Counted from the first letter of the stretch, positions 10,081 to 20,719 are shown. The stretch: DNA of 64,000 bases from Longimicrobiales bacterium (GCA_965197725.1 CBDANQ010000057.1:1-64000), one strand, 5' to 3'. Numbers and translations: made by a program. Notes: generated by a model not told the origin, from the letters alone.

Positions 10081-10118
10081 GGCGCTGGGGCCGATCCACT
10101 GGCACGAGAGGGAAGGTA

Positions 10119-10475
10119 ATGCGCAAAGACGCCGGCGTTGCGAACAGCGAAACGGCGACTTCAACGCCCCCAGGGCCGCATGTCCGCCGGGTTGTTGACG
10201 CAGCCCAGGAGTCGCACAGCGCCATCACGCGCCGCAACTACCTCGCCGCTTTGGCCAAGCGCGAGGGTCTCGGCTTCATTCCCGCGTTGCCGGAGACAGT
10301 GGAAGCGTACCTCGCCGAGGGGGCCGACAACGGCCTGTCGCCCGCATCGCTCCGCTTGGACCGCCCCGCGATTCGCTACCATCACACCGCAGCCGGACAC
10401 GCGAACCCGGCCGATAACGAGGAATGCGCTAGGTGCTGCGCGGACTCACCCGCCGGGCGGCGCACGAGGGTCCCA
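10119..10475 (+). pseudogene. Cre-like recombinase N-terminal fragment
   Basis: PALPETVEAYLAE...GLSPASLR...AIRYHHTAAGHANPAD, then VLRGLTR after a frameshift; catalytic domain absent. Confidence 0.65.
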
Positions 10476-10479
10476 CCCC

Positions 10480-10643
10480 GAGGCAGGCGGCGAAGACCAT
10501 GCCGCCCGCCACGAGCGAGGCCGTCGCGTTCCAAACCGCGACCGCGAGCGTCACGCCCAGCAGGAAGAGCCGCCGCTCCACGCCCAGCACCGTGAGCAGA
10601 CGGTTCAGCGCCGCATAGCCTGCCAGCGCCGGAGGCCCCGCAT
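10480..10643 (-). pseudogene. VirB3/TrbD-like fragment
   Basis: GYAALNRLLTVLGVERRLFLLGVTLAVAVWN...; its ATG overlaps the stop of the virB2 fragment. Confidence 0.6.
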
Positions 10644-10780
10644 CAGAAGAGCCACGACAGGAAGTTCACCGCGCCCACCGCCATCCCGATCCCGAAGATG
10701 ATCCCGGCCAGCGTGCGCTTGCTCCGGCCCTCGCCGAATGCGAACATCAGTCCGCCCACCACGATCGCGATCAGCGACAG
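10643..10780 (-). pseudogene. VirB2/TrbC pilin C-terminal fragment
   Basis: LSLIAIVVGGLMFAFGEGRSKRTLAGIIFGIGMAVGAVNFLSWLF*. Confidence 0.75.
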
Positions 10781-10934
10781 CCCGCGAGCTCAACCGGATC
10801 GCCGGGGGGAAGCGCCCCTGGGCCGACCACACGTAAATCGTGCTCCGCGCCAGGCCCGTCTGGGCCTGCACCTCCGAAACCCGCAGGAAACGGGTCGTTG
10901 GTCTCGTTCTCATTTCTTTCGGTTTCCCGGTCAT
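10775..10934 (-). pseudogene. alpA: AlpA family regulator, 5' half
   Basis: RFLRVSEVQAQTGLARSTIYVWSAQGRFPPAIRLSSRAV. Confidence 0.85.
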
Positions 10935-11014
10935 CGCTCTGCCTTCCCTCGTTCTCCTCGCCCGCGTCGCGGACCTTATCCTGGGCCCCGACGTCCCAGA
11001 GGATCTCGAACCGT

Positions 11015-13340
11015 CCAGATTGTGCAGCACCGAACAGCTCGGCCAACTCGTTGTGGCGTTTGGCGTCCATTGGTCCATGGCTCGTGACCGCTTCGACGAG
11101 AAGAAGCCAGTTCTTCTCGCGGAAATACAGCACGACATCTGGCATCTTCCCGCGCCTATCGACGGTGACACCGAGCTCTGCGAGGCGCTCTTCTTCGAAG
11201 CACCCGATCTTGTCTCCCGTATCGCCCACGTAGATGACCTCGGCCCCGGGCGCGAAGCGCGGGGCGAACGAAGTGAGGATGTCACTGATGAGTTTGCTAT
11301 GGGCGCCCGGCGTGAGCGCCACTGCCCGGTCCTTGGCCACCTTGACCGGGATCATCTGCATTGCGCGATCCTGCGCCCATTTCGCCGAGAGCGGGGTTCG
11401 TATTTCGAGCCACTTCTCAACCGCGGCATCCCACTGGGGCGTGTCGAAGGCCTCAATCACACTCAAGGCTTCCTCGCTGATCTGATAACAGGCATTTGGG
11501 CTGTTGACGGGACGAGCGGGATCGTCGGGATTGTACCGCGCGATGCCGGCTTCCACGAACTGGTGCATGGTCTGACGCCGAAACGTCTCGCGCGTGTTCG
11601 GCGCGTATTCCCGGCCGTAATGCTCCCGGGTGTAGTCCATGATCGGAGTAATCCCCATGAGTGGCCGCCGGAGTCGATTCCACGCACCGGAGGGCCTGAG
11701 GTCAACCAGCGCGAGGAGTGTCAAACCTGAGCGGTCGTTCTGCTGGCCGCGTGGCATCCCGAGCGCCTTCAAGATCGCCATCGCCTCGTCTATCTTGCGC
11801 CGTGCCGTCAGCGGGTTTTCATCACGTGCCATGTGTGCGATCTCCCCCTCGATGATTGTATCGATCGCCTGCTGTGATAGCGTAGGAACATCGTGTTGTC
11901 TTCCGAGCCGTTCGAGGGTTGCGCGATCCGGGTAGCGCAACCACCGCAGGTCGGTTGCGTTGACCTGGGTATGCCCGTTGAACTGCCTGAAGTAGCGGTC
12001 CACCAGGCTGCAACTGAGGAAGAGGGAGAGTCCTCCGGCCAGATCCTCGGGCATTCCTTCGCGACTCACATGAAAGACGTTGAGATGGTTCTCGAAGCCG
12101 ACGAGCTCACAGGGAAGGTCCGAGCCGTAGACGAAGGCCACGATGCGCCGCCGCTCCTCCTTGGAAGTGAATCGCCGCACGACGACGTAGCTGCCCTTGT
12201 TCGCCCACAGCCATTTTCGGCTGGCGTCGGATATGCGGATGGCGTTCGGTTTCCGCATGACCCTCGGCCAGGAGACACTCCCACCCTTGAAATGGGCTGG
12301 ATAGAGAAGCGGCACCGCCCCGGTCTCCGGCTCCGCGCGCAGGTCGTCCTTTAGACGGAAGTCGACAACAGGTCCGGTGGACACCTCGACGCCGAGATTC
12401 CCAAGGCTCGCCGTGAAATGGGCCATGCGGTCGATGATGCCCTGTTCGATGCCATCCGCGGCGATATGCACGAAGCGGTCGGGATCACCATCGCGGATCA
12501 CTGAACTCAAGCGAACCGTTCGCTGCGTGAGGTCCTCGGCGGTGCACATGCCCTGTGTTGGGTCGTTTTCCAACGCGCCCCCGCCACTCGTCGTGATCGT
12601 CACATCACGTGCGGGGCCGCCCTTGACCGCATGGACGATGATGTTCTCCTGAAGCACGTCATCGTCCTTGAACGCGTGATTGCGCCTTTCGAACACGTGG
12701 ATGTGGCGCAGACGCATCATCGAGAAGAACTGTTGCCGGAAAGCTTGAAATAGGGACCATTGCAGAAGGAACGGGGGACGATGGCAACCATCTCGCCGCC
12801 TTCGCGCAGGCGTTTCGCCGCCACGCACATGAACCCGGTGTAGAGATTCGATGTTTCGAGACCCGCGTTGCGCAAGGCCTCGCGGTGCGCCGAACCCGCT
12901 TTGATCTTCCGGTAGGGTGGATTGAGGATGGCCTGGGTGAAGCCAACGTCATCGCTGGTGTCGTCGCCGAAAAGCTCCGACTGGTGCGCGACGCCGTGCT
13001 CGACAATGAAGTCCTTGTCGAGGAGCCGGCTGGTTGCGCTGATCCGCGCCTGCTCGCATCGCGCCTCAGCGTGCTGAAGCGTGTCGGAGAGATAGCCCGA
13101 CAACACCGCATCGATCTCGTAGCAGACGAATTCCACCGAGCGCGGGCCAGCCGTCTCCGCGCAAAGCCGTTCGGCGAGCGCGGCCGTCAGAGATCCGACC
13201 CCCGCCCCCGGATCGAGGACACGCAGTTCTCCATGTGTTTCTGAGGACAGGCTCGCCATGAACCGGCTGATCGGGACTGGTGTCATGTACTGGCCGAGCG
13301 CGGCGCGGCTCTTGGCGTCAAGCTTCAGCGAGGCATCCCT
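11015..13340 (-). pseudogene. Fused N6-adenine methyltransferase / BsuBI-PstI-type restriction endonuclease; frameshifted ~12745, 3' truncated
   Basis: LGQYMTP, VLDPGAGVGSL and NPPY motifs; the MTase tail FNGHTQVNATDL runs in frame into REase motifs YAPNTRETFRRQTMHQF, GKMPDVV and EAVTSHGP. Confidence 0.88.
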
Positions 13341-13370
13341 TCAGCCACGACCCAGCGCTCCCCATACGGC

Positions 13371-14418
13371 TTAGCTCCACCCCTGCCTCTCGGTCTCCTC
13401 AATGTGGTTCGCAGGTTCGCCCTCAAAAGGATAGACCTGCTCCCTTTTCCAGTCCTCGACAACCAATGCGGCGGCGGCGGCCCTCTCCCTGAAGTGGTCA
13501 CGGAGTTTTCCCCTAGCGGCTTCGACTAGGGGCGCAAGAGCCGGGTTGAAATCCTCAAGAGAGAGGAGATTCTCCTCGTCAAGCTCGCGGACGAGATCGG
13601 ATTTTAGATAGGCAATAAATTGAAATCCAGGCGCTTGAATCCCCGGCGTTGTCCGGTCGAGGGCGAACCCGGCTCGATCACAAAGGAAGAGAGAGCGTTC
13701 CACTTGAATCCGCCACTCTACCACGGTGAGCTGAGCCGTGACCTCACCGTGATCCTCAGTGTGGACCGGTCCTACGAGGTAGTCAGCTACATGATCCTCT
13801 ACAGCCGAAGGATCGAGCTGGATTCCGTCGTATTGAACCTTCACCCCGGCGTATTCCCGCAAGTAGCTTGCAAGCTGCTCGGTTACTGCCTGAATCGCTT
13901 CGGGTCCCTCGAGGCTCCGGAACTGCTTGCTGACTCCATCGATGACGACCTCGGTTCCCGTTTTCCGGTCCACTACCGATTGGCCTGAAACTCGAAAGTG
14001 TGCGAGATCGTCGACCGAGCCTTCTATCCTGAACTCACTTACCGTTCCGTCTCCAGCCGCCCGAGTGATCCACGTAATTCGGTGGCCCAATGAGAAAGCA
14101 CGGAACCGGCCCTTTCCGGCTCGCCCGTGTAGGATTCGACCGTCCCGCCTGGTACGATCCGCACCACGTTTCCAGGAACCGCCAAGCTTTCGGAAGGCTT
14201 CTACGGCCTCGTCGTAATCCATGCCGACGCCATTGTCGATGACACGGATGGAAGAAATCACGCCCAGGGAATTCTTTTCGAGGATCACCTTCACGACGGT
14301 GGCGTCAGCATCCAACCCGTTCTGGCTGTCACCGAGCTCGTGTGGAACGAATGGGCCGCTTCACAGCTGTCATCCGCTGAAGGTGATCGGGCTGGACTAG
14401 AACGTCGAAAGTTTTCAT
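13371..14418 (-). pseudogene. GHKL (HATPase_c_3/MORC-like) ATP-binding protein; micro-inversion in motif I, 3' truncated
   Basis: DADA, VIDNGVGM, GRAGKGRFRAF and GTEV motifs; the E..N motif is found inverted at 14318-14349; the ORF breaks off after EETERQ. Confidence 0.82.
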
Positions 14419-14539
14419 CGATTTCAGTTCGTGAGGGGCGAAAAGGCCAATCCTTGCGAAGCAGATGCTGGCCGCTCAAGCTTACTTCTTCCGGTTGAGG
14501 CGGAGCCTGTCAACCCCGATGAGACACTTGGGGAATCAA

Positions 14540-15570
14540 TTAGAGAGCAATCTCTCCTGTGTCGTGAGGGAGGGGGTTGGAGGATTGATCCAGACGGCCT
14601 CCGGGAGCGTTTGGGCTTCGGCTCACCGGAGACGAAGCGGTCGGGATGAGCGGCCCAGGCCTCGCGTAGCACGGCCTGCCTGCCGGCGATGACCTGATCT
14701 GCATTCCCGAAGTGGACCTGTTCGGGGGTCAGCATCGAGATACCACCATGGCGGTGCTCGGCGTTGTAGCAGCGGAAGAACGAGCGACAGAAGGTCTTGG
14801 CCTGGCCCTGATCCTGGAACCGTCCGGGAAACGAGGGATGGTACTTCAAGGTCTTGAACTGGGCCTCGGAGAACGGATTGTCATCCGACACCTGAGGTCG
14901 GCTCAGCGAGCGGGTCACCCCGAGATCGGCGAGGAGCTGAGCCGTGCATTGGCTCGTCATCGGAGCTCCTCGATCCGAGTGCAAGGTCAGGACCTGGGGC
15001 TGGACGCCATGCTTCAGGCAACTCTGCTGGATCAGGCGCCCGGCCAAGGCCGAGCTCTCCCGATCCGCCACCATCCATCCCACGATGTAGCGGCTGAAGA
15101 TGTCCATGATGACGTAGAGGTAGAAGTAGCTCCACTTCCTCGGCCCCAGCAGCCGTGTGATATCCCAGGACCAGACCTGGCCCGGGCCCGTCGCCATCAA
15201 CTCGGGTTTCTGGTATTCGGGATGACTCCGCTGCGCTCGGCGCTCTCGAACTGGCACTTGGGAGGCCAGAACGCGATACATCGTACGTTCGCTGCACAGG
15301 TAGACGTCTTCGTCGAGCAGGGTCGCCACAACCTCGGCCGGGGACCGGTCCACGAATCGCTCCGAACACAGCGTGTCGAAGACCTTGTCTCGTTCCTTCT
15401 CGCTCAAGGCACGGGCTGGGCACGGGCTGGGCACGGGCTGGGGTCGGGCGGGGCTGCTGATGCCCGGTCGATGGCCTCCGACGACGATAGAACGTGGCTC
15501 GGGCGACCCTGAGCGCAGTGCACGCGGGCCTTACCCCTACGTACGTGGCCAGCGCCTCGGCCGCCTTCAC
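14540..15570 (-). pseudogene. IS3 transposase OrfB (rve DDE), frameshifted
   Basis: WSWDIT, LHSDRG, SDDNPFSEAQFKTLKY; the frame is broken by a tandem repeat at 15409-15441. Confidence 0.88.
15409..15441. repeat. 11-bp tandem repeat x3 (gcacgggctgg)
   Basis: Copies start at 15409, 15420 and 15431. Confidence 0.9.
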
Positions 15571-16019
15571 GAGTTCGTCCCGTCCTCGAGGCTCAATCCC
15601 AGCAGCCCGGCAACTTTTCCCTGGACGTCGATGATCAGGCGCGCCTTCTCGAGTTCCTTCTCCAGGCGAGTGTTCTCGCGCTCCAGCTTGCGCACTTTCC
15701 CCTCCAGCGGATTCCGTTCGCTCGGCTTTCGACCTCGTCTCTTCGACAGCGCTCTCAGCGACCCGCTCCGCACCGCCTTGCGCCATGTCGTCAGGTGCGA
15801 CGAGTACAAGCCCTCCCGTCGCAGGAGTCGCCCTACCTCTCCCGGCTCCGTGCACCGGTCCGCTTCTTCGACGACCCGCAGCTTGTACGACGGACTAAAC
15901 CGTCGGCGCGTCGGCTTATCTACCACCTCCGCGTCCGGAGCAGCTGCCGCGCTTCGCTTACCCTCCCAGGTTAGTGGGGCGATTCCATTCTCTTCCATTC
16001 TCTCTCGGTGTCTCGGCAT
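15567..16019 (-). CDS. IS3 transposase OrfA
   Basis: RRRFSPSYKLRVVEEADRC...LLRREGLYSSHLTTWR followed by a coiled coil. Confidence 0.9.
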   Translation of the reverse strand: MPRHRERMEENGIAPLTWEGKRSAAAAPDAEVVDKPTRRRFSPSYKLRVVEEADRCTEPGEVGRLLRREGLYSSHLTTWRKAVRSGSLRALSKRRGRKPSERNPLEGKVRKLERENTRLEKELEKARLIIDVQGKVAGLLGLSLEDGTNS

Positions 16020-16094
16020 CCTCGGTTTCTCTGCCTTCGCCCTACTCTAATTCTTTACTCGCTCCGTGTCTCACCTAAGTTGGCAGAGAGGGCA

Positions 16095-16368
16095 GCAGGT
16101 GCTGCTGTTATTCAAGGTCGGAGGTTCTGCCGAACCGATCGAGACTGAGTGGGGTGTTTTGCCGGGTCATGACGGGGAAGGCACCACCCACATTGCTCTC
16201 GCGATCGAGGCCGGGGACTTGAGCGCATGGGAGGCGTGGTTTGCGGACAAGGATGTGGAAATCGAAAGCAAGGTTGTATGGGACGAGGGTGGCGAGAGCG
16301 TGTACTTTCGGGACCTGGATGGGCACCTGCTGGAACTCGTGACTCCCGGTGCCTGGGCGACGTACTGA
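16095..16368 (+). pseudogene. VOC/glyoxalase family protein, 5' part removed at the IS3 end
   Basis: HIALAI...GGESVYFRDLDGHLLELVTPG. Confidence 0.8.
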
Positions 16369-16686
16369 GCCCTCCCCCAGATTGATCGCCCAGTAGAATC
16401 GCGAACCCGTTAGAGAGCGGTCCAGGAATTGCGAGTCGGCTGAGCGTGCCATGGATGGAGCTCCGGGCCGGGGAAGTACTTGGTTGGTCACCCACCACAG
16501 TGGTCGATGCTTCGAGGGGTGCGGCGGCCACGCCTTCCGTACGTGTCATCCTTCTGCCCTCCATCCACTGACTGGAGTCCGGTTGCCACGTTGGCGCCGG
16601 CGTGTTGTCGGCAAGGAACGAGGCGGATCAGCCGTCCCGCCAACGGGTAGGCGAGGGCTCGATCTCTCTCGGGGAGCACACACGGC

Positions 16687-18337
16687 ATGACGGAGAACCT
16701 GGTCACACACCGCTGCACCACGCTCGTGCTCGGAAGCGGTGTCGCCGGTCTGACCTACTCCCTGGACGCGGCCCGCCATGGCTCGGTCCTCATCCTGACG
16801 AAGAAATTTCGGCGCGATTCCTCCACGAACTACGCGCAGGGCGGGCTGGCCGCGGTTCTCGATCCGTCGGATTCCTTCGATCTTCATACGGCCGACACGC
16901 TCGAGGCCGGTGCGGAACTCTGTCGACCGGACGTGGTGGAGGCGGTGGTCCGCCAGGGTCCCGGCCTGGTCCGCAACCTCATGGAGCTCGGAGCGGCCTT
17001 CGCCCACGACGGTCCTGACGGCCTCGACCTGGGCATGGAAGGGGGACACAGCGAACGCCGCATCGTGCACGCCAGAGACCGCACTGGCCACGAGATCGAG
17101 ACCACGCTGCTCGCCGCGGTGGCGGCGCATCCGGACATCTCGGTGCTGGAGCACCACTTCGCGCTCGACCTCTGGGTAGCGGCGGACCCCCAGAGCGGCA
17201 GCCGGCGCTGTTACGGGGCGTCGTTCCTGGACCAGGAGACCGGCACGATGGGACTGGTCCGCGCGGACCGTACCATGCTGGCCACCGGCGGCTGCGGTAA
17301 GGTATATCTCTACACGTCGAACCCGGACATCGCCACGGCGGACGGGGTTGCCATGGCGGCCAGGGCGGGATGCTCGCTGGCCAACATGGAGATGGTCCAG
17401 TTCCACCCCACCTGTCTCCACCATCCCGCGGCCCGGACGTTCCTGATCTCGGAGACGGTGCGCGGAGAGGGGGCGGTGCTCCGCAACCTGGTCGGCAAGG
17501 ACTTCATGCGGGATCGCCATCCCCGTGGCTCCCTGGCGCCCCGCGACGTGGTCGCCCGCGAGAGCGACCGCGAGATGAAGCGGCGGGGTGAAAAATACGT
17601 CCTGCTGGACCATCGGAGAGGAGCGCTTCCGGGAGTGCTTCCCGGCCATCTCTGCGCGGCTCGCCGAGCTCGACATCGTGGCGGGCAGGGACCCCATTCC
17701 GGTGGTGCCAGCCGCGCACTACATGTGCGGCGGCGTAGCCGTGGACTTGGACGGCCGTACGGAGATCGCCGGTCTTTTCGCCGCTGGGGAGGTGGCGTTC
17801 ACGGGCGTTCACGGAGCCAACCGTCTGGCCTCCAACTCCCTGCTCGAGGCGTCGGTCCTGGCGCAGAGGGCGGGAGCCGTGGAACCCGAGGAGCTCCCGC
17901 CCGGAGAGCCTCCTCCACCCCCCTTCCCCGGCACCGACCCTCCCTCGCCGGACCAGGGAGTGATCCTCGATCACGAGTGGGACGCGGTGCGCGCCCTGAT
18001 GTGGGACTACGTGGGCCTGGTGCGCTCCCGAGAGAGGTTGGATCGGGCCGTGAGCCGGCTGGAGCTGATGCGGGAATGGTCGGAGGATCTGTACGGGAGG
18101 AGCGCGCCTTCCTCGGACCTCGCCGAGCTGCGTAACATCGCCCTGGCCGGACTGCTCATGGCCACCTCCGCACTCGAACGAGAGGAGAGTCGTGGGCTGC
18201 ACACGCGCCTGGACTTCCCGGCCGTCGACCGCGTCCCGCGCGAGTCCTGGACCCGATTGACGGAGTACAGCGTGAAGGTGACGCTCCGACCGCTACCGGC
18301 GCCCTCGTCTGGAAACACTTCGGTATCGGGCCCATAG
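16687..18337 (+). pseudogene. nadB: L-aspartate oxidase, frameshift at ~17610
   Basis: GSGVAGL, STNYAQGG, EGGHSERRIVH, QFHPT, LISETVRGEG; second frame PAAHYMCGG, GVHGANRLASNSLLE, REESRGLH. Confidence 0.88.
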
Positions 18338-18432
18338 GGCCTACTCCAGCCCCTCCAACTCCTCCGCCACACCAAGGAGGTGCGCAGGTCGCAGATTCCG
18401 GGGCTGAAGAGAGGGGTTCCCGCGGCCCGAGG

Positions 18433-19212
18433 TCAGTCCCATGAGCGGCCCAGCTGCACGTTGTCGATGAGCCGCACCCCGTCGATCACCACCGCGCCGA
18501 GCCTCCGGTCGTCCATCTCCTCCACGTAGTCCACCTCGAAGCCCAGGTCCTCCAGCTCTCTCCGAACCTCCGCCGCCTCGGCGCCGTCCCGCAGGACCTC
18601 CGGAAAGCGTGCCGCACGCTCCCGGGCTTCCGGAGAGAGCAGCGCGTTGCGGGAGCTCATCGCCAGGCCGTCCTCATGACGAACGATGGGGCAGCCCACG
18701 ATCTCAACGTCCATGAAGAAGGCCGCCGCCATGCCCCGCACGAGCTGCAACTGCTGGAAGTCCTTCTCACCGAAGTACGCCCTGCGCGGCCCGACGACGT
18801 TCAAGAGTCGCATCACGACGGTCAGCACGCCGTCGAAGTGACCCGGCCGGTGGGCGCCGCACAGCTTGGTGCTGAAGTCGTTTTCGCTCACCCGAAAGCG
18901 GTAATCGTCCGGGTACATCATGGCGGACGTAGGCAGCAGGACGTAGTCCGCACCCAGGTTCGACAGGAACTCACGGTCGGCCTCGATGTCACGGGGGTAG
19001 GTCTCCAGGTCGGCTGCATCGTTGAACTGGGTGGGGTTCACGAACAGAGTCACAACCGTCGCGGCGTTATCGATCAGGCTGCGCTCCACGAGTGATAGAT
19101 GCCCGGCGTGCAGCGCCCCCATGGTCGGGACGAGGCCGATGTCGGCGACCTCGCGATTCAGCCGCTCCCGTACGCTCCGCCACTCGTCCAACGACGAAAT
19201 GACGACGGTCAC
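18433..19212 (-). CDS. panC: Pantoate--beta-alanine ligase
   Basis: VPTMGALHAGH, FVNPTQFN, RPGHFDGV, FGEKDFQQ, GLAMSSRN, RLIDN. Confidence 0.95.
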   Translation of the reverse strand: MTVVISSLDEWRSVRERLNREVADIGLVPTMGALHAGHLSLVERSLIDNAATVVTLFVNPTQFNDAADLETYPRDIEADREFLSNLGADYVLLPTSAMMYPDDYRFRVSENDFSTKLCGAHRPGHFDGVLTVVMRLLNVVGPRRAYFGEKDFQQLQLVRGMAAAFFMDVEIVGCPIVRHEDGLAMSSRNALLSPEARERAARFPEVLRDGAEAAEVRRELEDLGFEVDYVEEMDDRRLGAVVIDGVRLIDNVQLGRSWD

Positions 19213-19997
19213 GAGTAGCTCTCGTCCTTCGAGGGAAAGTCCCCCGAGCGCACGGCGCCGGTGAAGCCGTCGACGGCGCTCTTGATAACGTCGTACCCCT
19301 GACCGAAGGCCCGCGTGAAGCGTGGCTCGAACCCCCGGTTCAGGCCCGCGAGGTCCTGGAGGACCAGAATCTGCCCGTCCGTGTCCGGGCCGGCTCCGAT
19401 CCCGATAGTCGGGATGTCCACCAGCTCCGTGAGCCGCTTGCCGAGCTCCGACGGCATGCACTCCAATACCAGCGAGAAGCACCCCGCCTCCTGGACGCGC
19501 GCGGCCTGATCCGCGAGGTGGTCAGCGGCGACCTGACCCTTCCCCTGAACGGTGAAACCTCCAAGCTGATTGACCGACTGGGGCGTGAGGCCCAGGTGCC
19601 CCATGACCGGGATGCCCGACTCCACAATGTGGTGGATGACATCCTCGTGACCGTCGATGCCCTCGATCTTCACGGCGTGAGCGCCGGTCTTCATCAGCGC
19701 GCCCACGGCGTCCATGGTCTCCGCCAACCCCCGCCGGAACGACAGGAACGGCAGGTCCGCGATGACGAACTTGTCTCCCGCACCCCTGGCCACCGCTGCG
19801 GTGTGAAGCGCCATCAGCTCCACCGTGGCCGGAATCGTAGAGTCGTGTCCGTGCACCACCATGGCCACGCTGTCTCCGACCAGGAGTGCGTCGATGTCGG
19901 AGTCGGCCAGGATGCGGGCGGACCAATAGTCGTAGCAGGTGGTCAGGGCGATCCTGTGCCCCTCCTTCTTCATGGCGCGAAAGTCGAGCACGTTCAT
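19209..19997 (-). CDS. panB: 3-methyl-2-oxobutanoate hydroxymethyltransferase
   Basis: LLVGDSVAMV, ADLPFLS, VKIEG, GHLGLTPQS, IGIGAG. Confidence 0.95.
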   Translation of the reverse strand: MNVLDFRAMKKEGHRIALTTCYDYWSARILADSDIDALLVGDSVAMVVHGHDSTIPATVELMALHTAAVARGAGDKFVIADLPFLSFRRGLAETMDAVGALMKTGAHAVKIEGIDGHEDVIHHIVESGIPVMGHLGLTPQSVNQLGGFTVQGKGQVAADHLADQAARVQEAGCFSLVLECMPSELGKRLTELVDIPTIGIGAGPDTDGQILVLQDLAGLNRGFEPRFTRAFGQGYDVIKSAVDGFTGAVRSGDFPSKDESYS

Positions 19998-20719
19998 TTG
20001 AACTCCGTGAGCAACTCCGGGTTCGTCGCTTCGACGAACGCGCGATACACGCCCGCGAAGGGGTCCCCCTCCAGCGCTTCGAGGTTCGAGCGGATGGTCT
20101 CCGCGTCGGCCCGGGTGAGCGGTCCCGTGCGGGCTGCCTCGGGCGCGGCGCGAAGGTTCTCGAACACGCGCGTCATGTAGGGACCGGCCACCTCTCGGGG
20201 CAGCCCGAGCCGCTCCTCGAAGACCTGGTGGAGCTTGTTCCACAGCAGTGCGGTGAACGGCCCTCCCATGACGGAGACGGCGTGGTAGAGTGGCTTGAGG
20301 CCGACGTCCAAGACGTAGCTCGGATTCGGAAGTTCCGGGAAGAGATCGGGGAACGCGTGCGGCTCCGGCTCACAGACGAACGGAATGGCCCGATACGTCT
20401 CGATATCGTACGTGCCCGTGTCGAACGTGCAGAGCGGGTGCATGCCCTGCGCTCGTGGCGCGGTCACGCAGCCGGAGAAGTGGACGAGGTCCTTTTCCGA
20501 GAGCTCGGACTGCTCCGAAGCGAAAGGGACGATCGCGGAATCGTCGATCAGCAACAGCACGGTGCGGCACGGACCGACCACATCGGCTAGCGTCTGGCCG
20601 GTCTCCCGTGCTCGGCGGCGGGACCACTGACGATAGACCATGCCGGACAGATCCAGATACCGCGCCAGGTGGGACGCCATGCGACCATCACCCACGATGC
20701 CGTATGGCGTCTCGGACAT
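19994..20719 (-). CDS. Rossmann-like/DUF2520 protein, PanG-like ketopantoate reductase candidate
   Basis: GIVGDGRMA, HFSG, HPL, YHA, TGPLTRAD; first gene of the pan operon. Confidence 0.8.
   Translation of the reverse strand: MSETPYGIVGDGRMASHLARYLDLSGMVYRQWSRRRARETGQTLADVVGPCRTVLLLIDDSAIVPFASEQSELSEKDLVHFSGCVTAPRAQGMHPLCTFDTGTYDIETYRAIPFVCEPEPHAFPDLFPELPNPSYVLDVGLKPLYHAVSVMGGPFTALLWNKLHQVFEERLGLPREVAGPYMTRVFENLRAAPEAARTGPLTRADAETIRSNLEALEGDPFAGVYRAFVEATNPELLTEFK

Larger units (their letters stand above)
14499..16094 (-). mobile_element. IS3-family insertion sequence
   Basis: orfA plus orfB; imperfect IRs tgtcaaccccgatgagacac (14508) and the reverse complement of gtgtctcacctaagttggca (16066-16085). 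Confidence 0.9.

Noticed and set aside
16369..16686. NAD riboswitch upstream of nadB
   Set aside because: No recognisable match to the nadA/NAD+ riboswitch consensus by eye; would need cmsearch
19213..19482. N-terminal ORF-track extensions of panC (likewise panB, enoyl-CoA hydratase and korB)
   Set aside because: They overlap the upstream genes in another frame; the true starts are at the 4-bp overlaps
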